Shown here piece by piece: positions 1 through 8,517 of a stretch of 64,000 nucleotides of DNA. The translations under genes and the position numbers were made by a program. Each line of letters opens with the position of its first letter. Position 1 is the first letter of the stretch. Source of the DNA: Acidimicrobiia bacterium (GTDB lineage: Bacteria > Actinomycetota > Acidimicrobiia > Spongiisociales > Spongiisociaceae); assembly GCA_041576165.1 (NCBI GenBank), contig JBFGLM010000001.1:128001-192000 (forward strand). Reading direction: 5' to 3'. The notes beneath the pieces are model-generated. The model had not been told where the DNA came from, did not search any database, and saw only the letters and a list, made by a program, of their open reading frames with translations.

Positions 1-765
1 GGCCTGGATGAGGACGCGCTGGTCCTGGTCGTGTCCTCGGATCTGGCGGTAGGCCCGAACCGCGTGGCGGTCGGGGCGTTGAACGCCGAAAACGAGTCGG
101 TCGTCCATCCCGATCTGGATGTCGGCTTCGAGTTCTTCCGGCCGGACGGAACACCGGCCGGAAAAGCGGAGGCCGAGTTCATTTGGGCGATCCCCGATGT
201 ACGCGGCCTGTGGGTTGCATCCTTCGATTTCGACGTGGCCGGTGCGTGGCAGGTGGGGGTTCGCAACGGAGACGGCAACCTGGCGGTGTCGCCCCCCTTC
301 AACGTGGCTCTGGAGGCAGCCGCGGTCGACGTCGGCGAGCCGGCCCCGCGGTCGGTATCCAAGACCACCGGCGACGGGAGCCTGGCCGAGATCACGACCG
401 ACACCTCTCCGGACCCGGCGCTGTACGACCAGACTGTGGCCGACGCGGTGACCTCTGGGCTTCCCTCCGTGATCGTGTTCGCCACCCCGGCGTTCTGCGT
501 GAGCGCCACCTGTGCCCCCAGCCTCGACACGGTCAAGTCGCTCACCGGCGAGTTCGAGGATGTCAACTTCGTGCACGTGGAGGTGTTCGACAATCTCGAT
601 GCGCCCTCTCGCGATCAGCTGGTGCTGGCTCCCCCGGTCGCGGAGTGGGGCCTCCAGACCGAGCCGTGGGTCTTTGTGGTAGACGAGGACGGGATCGTCC
701 GAGCCCGCTTCGAGGGAGCGATCGGCGAGCACGAATTGCGCCGGGCCCTGGACGCAGTGACCTGA
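1..765 (+). CDS. Thioredoxin-fold protein, 5'-partial, probably exported
   Basis: Frame open from base 1; C-terminal FATPAFCVSATCAP (CxxxxC) and EPWVFVVDEDG...RFEG thioredoxin-like motifs. Confidence 0.7.
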   Translation, partial: GLDEDALVLVVSSDLAVGPNRVAVGALNAENESVVHPDLDVGFEFFRPDGTPAGKAEAEFIWAIPDVRGLWVASFDFDVAGAWQVGVRNGDGNLAVSPPFNVALEAAAVDVGEPAPRSVSKTTGDGSLAEITTDTSPDPALYDQTVADAVTSGLPSVIVFATPAFCVSATCAPSLDTVKSLTGEFEDVNFVHVEVFDNLDAPSRDQLVLAPPVAEWGLQTEPWVFVVDEDGIVRARFEGAIGEHELRRALDAVT

Positions 766-935
766 ACCACACCCCGTGCCACTGTCTGCACCTGCGCTAC
801 TCAGCGTGGCCAACTACCCTTCGGGCTGATCACCCCTTGGTCTGAGGTAACGGGCGGGCCGCTTCCCCCCTTTCGGCGGAACCTGGTTGGGGGGGTGCGC
901 GCCACAACTTGAGCCAAGTATCGAGGTGATTCTCC

Positions 936-3242
936 GTGTCCGACGGTCTCACACGACGTCGCTTTCTGCGCTCCGGCAGCCTGGCCGCGTTGGCCGGGAG
1001 TGTGTTCGCGACCACGGCAAACTCTCCGGCGTCTGCAGCAGGCCGCGTCCGGTCCGGGTCGGCGGCCGCCTGGCAGGCCCCGCTCAGCGGCACGATCTCA
1101 GGGACCCAGGACTACGACGCCGGCTTTGAAGTGCCGGCGGGCACCACGTTGCGGTTCGACCCCGACGTCTCTACCACCGTCACCGTGCGGGCCAATGTGA
1201 TCGTGTACGGCACCCTCGAGATGAAGCCGGCCAACGCAAGCATCGTCCACAAGCTGGTTTTCGACGCCGTCGACGAGTCGCTGTTCGAAGGGGGCGGTAC
1301 CGACCCCGCGCCCGATGACACCGGCCTGTGGGTTATGGGGGCCGGGCGGCTCGATCTAGCGGGGGCGGAAAAGCAGGCCTGGAACCGGACTGGAGACCAC
1401 GCGAGCTGGTCGAGCTCGGACGAACTGGTCGTCACCCCCACCGCAGCTGGTGACTACACGTTCAGGAGTCATACCCGGGGGTCGGCGGTACCCACCGTTG
1501 CCAACCCGTACGGCGGCGAGGCGGCCTATCTCGAGCCGTCGAGCCTGGCGTTCTCAGACATCTTCGGCAACACGCATACCGCCAACATCGAGTCGATCGC
1601 TGCCGCCGGGATCACTCGCGGGTGCACAACCGTCCTTTACTGTCCCAACCACCCGGTAACCCGCGGCCAGATGGCTGCGTTCCTGAACCGGGCACTGGGT
1701 CTGCCCGCCGCCCCCTCCGCCGGATTCTCCGACACGATCGGGCACACATTTGCGGACGATATCGACCGGGTCGCGGCTGCTGGTATCACCCTGGGTAGGA
1801 CCCCGAGTAGTTTCGCGCCGGATGATCCGGTCACCCGGGGCCAGATGGCGGCCTTTCTCACCCGGGCCCGTAACCTGCCACCGGCACCCCCCGCCGGGTT
1901 CTCCGACACGATCGGGCACACATTTGCGGACGAGATCAACCGGGTGGCGGCCGCTGGAATCACCCTGGGCACCACTGCGACCACGTACGCTCCCGATGAG
2001 GTGGTCAGCCGGGCACAGATGGCTTCTTTTCTCGCGCGGGCATTCGACCTCCCCGTCCCGGATCTGGGCAACCTCACCGATGGGACGGCCTTTCGGGCCG
2101 AGATCCTGAACCTCACCCGCAACGTTCGGATCGAGGGCACGGCTTCCGGCAAGACGCACATCTTCATCCGGTCGTCGGCGGCTCAGAGCATCCGCTACGT
2201 GGCGATCCGGTATGTGGCGCCTGATTTCAAAAGTGGCAGCGTCGCCGATGTCGGCCCCATCGATGCCACCGGCCGCTATGGAATTCACTTTCATCACTGC
2301 GGCGACGGGTCACGCGGAACGACCGTGGAAGGCTGTGTTGTTCGCGACGCCGATGGGCACGCCTTCGTTCCCCACATGAGTCACGGGATCACGATGGTGA
2401 ACTGCATTTCGTACAACACGCGGATGGATGCGTACTGGTGGGACGAAGGCAAGGCCAACCAGACCGACGACATCATCTGGGACAAATGTGTCGCCGCCGG
2501 GGTGGGGGCGGGGCCCAATCACAATCCCCACCGGGTGGGCGGCTTCGCCCTGCAGTTCGGCGATCGCAACGTCGTCACCAACTGTGTGGCCGTCGGGGTG
2601 GGGGGCAGCAGCGACTCGGCAGGGTTCAAATGGCCGGAGTTCGCCAACAACTCGGTGTGGACTTGGGGCTCAAACGTCAGCCACAACAATCTGCGATCGG
2701 GCTTGTTCACGTGGCAAAACGACACGCGGAACCACGATGTGGGCTTCTTCACGTCGTATCACAACGGCCTCCATGGCATCAACCACGGGGCCTATTTCAA
2801 CGAGTACTTCTATCACGACGCGGTGCTCTACGGAAACGCCGGCGCCGGCGTGATCCTCAAGGCCGTCAATCATCTGGGCACGTCGGCCGCACTCAGGTTC
2901 GAGCGGCTGGTGATCGACGGCGCCGGGATCACACCCACCTTGGTGATCAACGGTCAGCACACGGGGGCCGCCGAGAACATTCCGCTCCCGACCAAGTTCA
3001 CCGACTGCACGATGCTCAACGAGACCGACGTCAAGGTGAAGGTGAAGAACGTCCGCCAGGACGGCGGCATCGGCGGCCAGGGCTTCAAGGATCGATGGGA
3101 CTTCGTGAACTGCGGGATGCAGGTAGCAGACATCTACTTCACCGCCGACGCCGATCCCGAATCGCTGGTGCGAGCACAAAACGGGTCCTCGGCGTTCGAG
3201 GTAGACGTGACCGGCAGCCGAACCATCAGCCCATTTGCCTAG
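936..3242 (+). CDS. Tat-exported G8-like / 3xSLH / right-handed beta-helix protein
   Basis: Tat motif TRRRFL; G8-like N-terminus; three SLH repeats (VTRGQMAAFL); LNLTRNVRIEG and GRYGIHFHHCGD...SHGI motifs as in CEMIP/TMEM2/fibrocystin-type beta-helices. Confidence 0.8.
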   Translation: MSDGLTRRRFLRSGSLAALAGSVFATTANSPASAAGRVRSGSAAAWQAPLSGTISGTQDYDAGFEVPAGTTLRFDPDVSTTVTVRANVIVYGTLEMKPANASIVHKLVFDAVDESLFEGGGTDPAPDDTGLWVMGAGRLDLAGAEKQAWNRTGDHASWSSSDELVVTPTAAGDYTFRSHTRGSAVPTVANPYGGEAAYLEPSSLAFSDIFGNTHTANIESIAAAGITRGCTTVLYCPNHPVTRGQMAAFLNRALGLPAAPSAGFSDTIGHTFADDIDRVAAAGITLGRTPSSFAPDDPVTRGQMAAFLTRARNLPPAPPAGFSDTIGHTFADEINRVAAAGITLGTTATTYAPDEVVSRAQMASFLARAFDLPVPDLGNLTDGTAFRAEILNLTRNVRIEGTASGKTHIFIRSSAAQSIRYVAIRYVAPDFKSGSVADVGPIDATGRYGIHFHHCGDGSRGTTVEGCVVRDADGHAFVPHMSHGITMVNCISYNTRMDAYWWDEGKANQTDDIIWDKCVAAGVGAGPNHNPHRVGGFALQFGDRNVVTNCVAVGVGGSSDSAGFKWPEFANNSVWTWGSNVSHNNLRSGLFTWQNDTRNHDVGFFTSYHNGLHGINHGAYFNEYFYHDAVLYGNAGAGVILKAVNHLGTSAALRFERLVIDGAGITPTLVINGQHTGAAENIPLPTKFTDCTMLNETDVKVKVKNVRQDGGIGGQGFKDRWDFVNCGMQVADIYFTADADPESLVRAQNGSSAFEVDVTGSRTISPFA
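1640..1970 (+). repeat. Intragenic 174-nt-period duplication encoding SLH repeats
   Basis: Identical 35-mer TTCTCCGACACGATCGGGCACACATTTGCGGACGA at 1725 and 1899, with similar flanks. Confidence 0.85.
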
Positions 3243-3279
3243 GTTCGACCCGTTCGATCGGATGCTGCCCTCGCGGCCT

Positions 3280-4356
3280 TCACTCGAGCCCGTACAGCCG
3301 GCAGAGCGCGCCCGACACCGCTGATGGTAAGTACGCGCCGGCGCGCTCACGTCCTGCTTCCCCCAGCCGGCATCGGGTAGCCGGATCTTCCGCCAAGGTC
3401 CGTACGGCGGCGTTGAGGGCTTCCTGGTCGTCGACGGGCACCAACAAGCCGCCCTCGCCGATCACCTCGCGCAGCGCCGGAATGTCGAATGCAACCAGCG
3501 GGATCGCGTTCATCATCGCTTCTGCAGCAACACGACCGAAGGACTCTTGCCGCGACGGCATCAACACCACGTCGGCCTCGTTGTAGATCTCTCGTACGTC
3601 GTGCAGCCGGCCGAGGTGGACCACCCTGTCTTCGAACTGCCGGAGCGCCTCCCAATGCGGGTCCTGCTCGGCCGGCTCCTTGCCGGCGGTCAACAGGCGC
3701 ACCGGCAGGTCGGCCAACGCCGCCATGAGGGCCGGCAACGTGTCGAACCCCTTCCTGGTCGAGTCGCCACCCAGGAACGCCAGGGTGAAGACCTGGCTGT
3801 CGGGCGCCGGTCGGTCGGCGAGCACGAGCGCGGGATCGATCGGGTTCGGCACGACCGTCATCCGGTCGGGAGTGGCGACGCCCGCTTCGAGTATCTGGTC
3901 GGCCGCGGCGTGCGAGACCGCAGCCCACCGCGTGTCCACCTCGGGTGTCCGCCACATCGGTGCGAGCGCCCGGATCTGACGGGGGACATCCACGCCGTGC
4001 GCCCATACCACGAGCGGCACGCGTGTGGCGCGGGCGGCGGGGAATGCCACGGCCATTTCAGGCATGCCATTGGCGTGGATCGCGGCCAGCCGCGTTCCGC
4101 TGGCCAGAGCCCATCGTCGGAGTGACCAGGCACTCAACAGCGCCCGAGCCGTGCGCAGTGGCCCGTGGGCCCGGACGTCCACGAGCTCGTCGAACAAACC
4201 CGTGCTGTCCAGATAACGCGCGGCTTTGCTGCCCATCGGGGCCCCGAGGATGCGATGCACACCCTCGATCACGCCGACATGCGTCTCCAGCGCGCGAATA
4301 GAGCCACCGAGCGCGGGCGGCAGCGAGACAAACAGCACCGATGCGTGAACAGCCAT
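3280..4356 (-). CDS. Glycosyltransferase family 4 (GT-B)
   Basis: RKGF, ADVVLMPSRQESFGRVAAEAM (E-x7-E), DIPALREV motifs. Confidence 0.9.
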   Translation of the reverse strand: MAVHASVLFVSLPPALGGSIRALETHVGVIEGVHRILGAPMGSKAARYLDSTGLFDELVDVRAHGPLRTARALLSAWSLRRWALASGTRLAAIHANGMPEMAVAFPAARATRVPLVVWAHGVDVPRQIRALAPMWRTPEVDTRWAAVSHAAADQILEAGVATPDRMTVVPNPIDPALVLADRPAPDSQVFTLAFLGGDSTRKGFDTLPALMAALADLPVRLLTAGKEPAEQDPHWEALRQFEDRVVHLGRLHDVREIYNEADVVLMPSRQESFGRVAAEAMMNAIPLVAFDIPALREVIGEGGLLVPVDDQEALNAAVRTLAEDPATRCRLGEAGRERAGAYLPSAVSGALCRLYGLE

Positions 4357-4364
4357 GGACCCGG

Positions 4365-4428
4365 CGAGCCTATCCCCCGGTCGCGCATATGCAGCGGGAA
4401 AGCTAGACCCCGGGTCCCGATAGGCTCG
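4365..4428. promoter_or_regulatory. Divergent mirrored -10 elements for the GT4 and sulfotransferase genes
   Basis: CGAGCCTATC (4365-4374) and GATAGGCTCG (4419-4428) form a perfect 10-bp inverted repeat, placing TAGGCT 10 and 7 nt before the two ATGs. Confidence 0.55.
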
Positions 4429-4433
4429 GCGGC

Positions 4434-5354
4434 ATGCGGATCCTCTACCTCGCCGGGCTCGGCCGCAACGGCAGCACGATCGTGAGCAACGTTCTCGGAA
4501 CGGCCCCAGGTCTGTTTCCGGTCGGCGAGGTACGATCGATTTGGAGCCACGGGTTCGGGTCCGGCGCGCTGTGTGGATGTAGCACCCCGATTCCCGAATG
4601 CCCGTTCTGGTCCCAGGTCGCGTCCGTGGGTGGGCTCGACCGCGGCGGGGCGCAACGATCGGCCGATCTCCACCGGCAACTGGTGAAACTCCGCCACCTG
4701 CGAGCGCTGGCGTCGGGGGAGGCGCCGGTGGATCTCGAGAATGACCTGGCGGAGTACCTCGACGTCCTCAGCCGCCTGTATCGCGCGATTCACGAGGTAG
4801 CCGGGTGTGATGTGATCGTCGACTCGAGCAAGGCGGCGCCCTACGCCGCCATCCTCGCCATGCTCGAAGCAGTAGATCTCAGAATCGTTCATCAGGTGCG
4901 CGACGCCAGGGCGTCGGCTCACTCGTGGACTCGGCGGCGCGAACACACCGACCTCCAGGGTGCCATGATGCCTCAATACCCTCCGTGGAAGACCGCCCTG
5001 CTGTGGAACGCATGGAACCTCGGGGCCGAGAAGCTGCGATCGAACCCGTACCACCGCCTGCGCTACGAAGACTTCGTTGGTGCGCCTCGCGCCGAGCTAC
5101 GCCGGGTGCTGGACTTCGCAGGCTTCCCCGATAGAGACGCGCAGTGGGTCGGCGAGCGGACCGCCGCCATCGGCGGGCACCACATGGTCCACGGGAATCC
5201 GTCGCGTGGCATGAGAGGCCCCGTCGAGTTGCGCCCCGACTGCGAGTGGGCCGGGTCGTTGCCCCGCACCTCAGAGGCCCTGGTGCTGGCCATGACGCTT
5301 CCGCTCCACCTGCGCTACGGATACGGCCTGGGGCGCCCACGGCCGCGCCCCTAG
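4434..5354 (+). CDS. Sulfotransferase (Sulfotransfer_3-like)
   Basis: 5'PSB-like AGLGRNGSTI, IVDSSK, 3'PB-like VRDARASAHSW, LRYEDFV. Confidence 0.85.
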   Translation: MRILYLAGLGRNGSTIVSNVLGTAPGLFPVGEVRSIWSHGFGSGALCGCSTPIPECPFWSQVASVGGLDRGGAQRSADLHRQLVKLRHLRALASGEAPVDLENDLAEYLDVLSRLYRAIHEVAGCDVIVDSSKAAPYAAILAMLEAVDLRIVHQVRDARASAHSWTRRREHTDLQGAMMPQYPPWKTALLWNAWNLGAEKLRSNPYHRLRYEDFVGAPRAELRRVLDFAGFPDRDAQWVGERTAAIGGHHMVHGNPSRGMRGPVELRPDCEWAGSLPRTSEALVLAMTLPLHLRYGYGLGRPRPRP

Positions 5355-5535
5355 AACCGGTCCACTCGGCGCTGCCAGGGCACGCTCCACCCTCCAACAA
5401 CACCCGGTCGGCAGTACACTTCGCCCCAGGCCAGGGCATCGGCCGTATTGGGCGACTGGGAGTTCCAACGGTGACGCGCGGATCGGTGTCCGTCCTGCCT
5501 GCGCATAGATGATTAGGTTTGGAGTTGGGGTTCGC

Positions 5536-6528
5536 ATGGAGCCAGTCGTCAACGTGATGGGCGTCAGCAAGACGTATGAGCCATCGCCGCCATGGCTCAG
5601 GATGATGCTGCGGTCGTCCATCAAACAGCCTGTCCATGCGCTGAAGAACGTTTCACTCAGCGTCGACGGTGGGCGCATCGTCGCCGTGGTGGGACCGAAC
5701 GGAGCGGGCAAATCGACACTCTTCCGGGTGCTGACCGGCCTTACCACCCCCAGCGGCGGCTCGGCCACGATCCTTGGTCACGATGTCACCTCCGAATCGG
5801 CCATCGTGCGTCGCCATCTCGGATTCATGCCACCCGAGGAGCGAACCCTGTGGATGCGCCATTCGTGCGCCGAGAACCTCACATTCCATGGCCGGCTGCA
5901 GGGCATGGGGGGCAACCACCTGGCGCGGCGGGTGGATGAGGTGCTGGATGTGGTCGGATTGGGTCGCGCAAAGGACCGTGTGGTTTTCGCGCTGTCCTCG
6001 GGAATGAACGCCCGCCTCCGCCTCGCCCGGTCGTTGCTGCACGAACCTTCGGTGATCATTCTCGACGAGCCCACCGGCACGCTGGACCCAGTGGGTGCCC
6101 ACGAAATGCTCACCGTCATCCAAAAGGTCACGGTCGAACGCAACATCGCCGTCCTCCTCTCCAGCCACCGGATGGAAGACATCGAGGCGCTGCACGACAA
6201 CGTGCTGATGATCTCCTCCGGCCAGGTGGCGTACTGGGGCGACCTCGATGAGCTCCGCTCGAGATGGGAGAAGCCCCAGATCGAAATCGCATTCCGTGAA
6301 CACGACCAGGCCCTCGCCGGGGCGAAGGCGCTCCGCTCGCTGCCGGGGGTAGCCGGCGTGGTTCAGGAGGACCACGTGACCTATGTTGCCACCGACCTGC
6401 CGATCGGCGACCTGCTCGGCCGCCTCAACCGCCAGGTCTCCGGGATCACAAAGGTGGAGGCGACGCGGCGACCACTGCGAGAACTCCTTGCGGACATGCT
6501 CACCAACACCGAAGGCCAGGTGGCGTAA
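5536..6528 (+). CDS. ABC exporter ATP-binding protein
   Basis: Walker A GPNGAGKST, signature LSSGM, Walker B IILDEP, H-loop SSH. Confidence 0.92.
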   Translation: MEPVVNVMGVSKTYEPSPPWLRMMLRSSIKQPVHALKNVSLSVDGGRIVAVVGPNGAGKSTLFRVLTGLTTPSGGSATILGHDVTSESAIVRRHLGFMPPEERTLWMRHSCAENLTFHGRLQGMGGNHLARRVDEVLDVVGLGRAKDRVVFALSSGMNARLRLARSLLHEPSVIILDEPTGTLDPVGAHEMLTVIQKVTVERNIAVLLSSHRMEDIEALHDNVLMISSGQVAYWGDLDELRSRWEKPQIEIAFREHDQALAGAKALRSLPGVAGVVQEDHVTYVATDLPIGDLLGRLNRQVSGITKVEATRRPLRELLADMLTNTEGQVA

Positions 6529-7394
6529 TGGCCAGCCAGTTGATCGAACGCCAGCCGGTTCGCCATGCCGCTTCCCAGTTCCACCGGGCTCGGCGCACCG
6601 CGCTCGGGTTTTTGCGGATGGGCTACCTGCGGTCGGTGGCGTACCCCCTCGGGTTCGTGCTCGAGCAGCTCAACGCCCTCGTGTTCCCGGTCGTGTTCGT
6701 CTTCATTGCCCAACTCACCGGGCCGTCCGGTGCAGCCGACCGTTTCGGCGGCGACTACTACACGTTCGTGATCATCGGGATCTTCTCGGTCCATGCCATC
6801 ACTTCGGGTATCAAGGGTTTTTCCGCCGAACTCGATCAGGCCATCGTGCACGGCAACTTCGAAATGCTGCTGGTCGAGCCGATCCGGTGGCGCATGCTCC
6901 CGTTCGCCATGTCGCTGTGGCCGATGATCCTCGGCTTGCTCACGGGCGCCTTCATCCTCCTCTCGGGCGGGGTGCTGGGCGCTGAGTACAACCTGGTGGG
7001 CTTGCTGCCCGCCCTCCCGATCGTTCTTCTCGGCCTCACGGCCGGCCTGTCGGTCTCCATCTTCTCGGCCTCGGTCAAGGTGCTCGCCAAGAAGGGCGAC
7101 CCGATCCTCACCGTCTTCCTGCTCATCGCTCACGTCTTCTCCGGCGCCTACTTTGCGCTGGAGATGATCCCGGGATGGATCCGCTGGGTGTCCTACCTGA
7201 TACCCCATACCTACGTGATCGGCGCGCTGAGGCGGGTGCTGATGCCGGCCGGCTCCACGCTCGACGCGATGACCCTGGACACGGCCCTCGTGGGGCTGGT
7301 GATCTTCAACGTCATCATGTATCCACTGGCTCTGTACCTGTTCGGACGCGGCATGGAGGTGGGTCGCAAATACGGACTGCTCGGCGGCTACTAG
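6528..7394 (+). CDS. ABC-2 type exporter permease
   Basis: About 6 hydrophobic segments; FSGAYFALEMIPGW and PHTY motifs; overlaps the ATPase stop. Confidence 0.88.
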   Translation: MASQLIERQPVRHAASQFHRARRTALGFLRMGYLRSVAYPLGFVLEQLNALVFPVVFVFIAQLTGPSGAADRFGGDYYTFVIIGIFSVHAITSGIKGFSAELDQAIVHGNFEMLLVEPIRWRMLPFAMSLWPMILGLLTGAFILLSGGVLGAEYNLVGLLPALPIVLLGLTAGLSVSIFSASVKVLAKKGDPILTVFLLIAHVFSGAYFALEMIPGWIRWVSYLIPHTYVIGALRRVLMPAGSTLDAMTLDTALVGLVIFNVIMYPLALYLFGRGMEVGRKYGLLGGY

Positions 7395-7455
7395 CCGAGC
7401 CGGTGGGCTGGCCCGACGGGCCGGCGCCTCAGCAGCTCTCGCTAGCCTGAAGCCG

Positions 7456-7752
7456 ATGCGCAAGACGCCCGAGGATCTACCCGACCTGCACGGGGTGCTC
7501 GATCTCGGCCACTCGGCGGGCGGAGACCATCTGCGCAGCATCCTCATCGCGGATCGGCGCCTCACGGCTCAGCAGATCGCCGTGAACGTCCGGGGCACCG
7601 GCCGGATCGGGGGCACCGGCGCGGAGCTGAAGGACACGGCAGCCGGTGAGGTACGCCATGGCATCCATGGGACGAGCCGGCTGGAATGGGGCAGAGGCGT
7701 CGTGTACGCCAAAATCACGCCACACCGCATGTTCACGTTCCACATGCAATGA
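7456..7752 (+). pseudogene. Internally deleted pyridoxamine-5'-phosphate-oxidase-family gene (probable remnant)
   Basis: N-terminus (TPEDL..L..LD..GDHLRSI...RRL) and C-terminus (VYAKITPHRMFTFH) resemble an actinobacterial PNPOx-like family, but the ORF is only 98 aa and lacks the central flavin-binding core. Confidence 0.5.
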
Positions 7753-8222
7753 GAACATTCACGACCACGACGGCAAGCCCGCTCGGACCCATTCAGCTCG
7801 CCGGAAGCGAGCAGTACCTGACCGGCGTGTGGTTCGCCCAACGCCGGCACGCACCGGACACGACGGGTTGGGAAAGCACGCGCACGCCGTTCGAGCGGGC
7901 GCTACTTCAGCTCGAAGCCTATTTCGCGGGCGAGCTGCGGGAGTTCGTCCTGGATCTGGCTCAGGAGGGCACCCCATTTCAACGCCAAGTCTGGGAGGAG
8001 CTGGCGACGGTTCCCTACGGATCCACGATCTCCTACGCCGAGCTGGCCGCTCGCATCGGGCGGCCGGGTGCAGCCCGGGCGGTTGGGGCGGCAAACGGAC
8101 GCAACCAGTTGTCGATCATCATCCCTTGCCACCGGGTGATCGGACACGACGGGCGGCTGGTCGACTACGGCGGCGGGCTCGCCCGCAAACAAGCACTACT
8201 GGAACTAGAAGGAGCGCGTTGA
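7749..8222 (+). CDS. ogt: Methylated-DNA--protein-cysteine methyltransferase
   Basis: GTPFQRQVW, AARAVGAA, active-site IPCHRV; ATGA overlap with the upstream ORF. Confidence 0.93.
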   Translation: MRTFTTTTASPLGPIQLAGSEQYLTGVWFAQRRHAPDTTGWESTRTPFERALLQLEAYFAGELREFVLDLAQEGTPFQRQVWEELATVPYGSTISYAELAARIGRPGAARAVGAANGRNQLSIIIPCHRVIGHDGRLVDYGGGLARKQALLELEGAR

Positions 8223-8274
8223 GCAGCCGGCCCCTTCCCGGAGCAAGTCAATCGGCCGCGCCGGTCGGGCGATC

Positions 8275-8517
8275 TCAGACCTTGGCGGCCACCAGATTCG
8301 CGATGGAGTTGATGGACTGGAAATTCTCAGGCACCAACTCGTCATCTTGGACCTCGACGTCCCACTCTTCCTCGATGAACGTGATGATCTTGAAGATGCC
8401 GAGCGAGTCCACGATGTCTTTCTCTAGCAGCTGGTAGTCGTCGGGCAGCTCATTGGCCGGCTTGTCCCAGCCCAGCTCCGTGGCGATGTAGTCCCTGATC
8501 TGATCCTTGATGCTCAT
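8275..8517 (-). CDS. Acyl/peptidyl carrier protein 1
   Basis: 80 aa, acidic, IVDSLG phosphopantetheine site, ENFQSINSI tail; overlaps the adenylation gene stop. Confidence 0.92.
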   Translation of the reverse strand: MSIKDQIRDYIATELGWDKPANELPDDYQLLEKDIVDSLGIFKIITFIEEEWDVEVQDDELVPENFQSINSIANLVAAKV

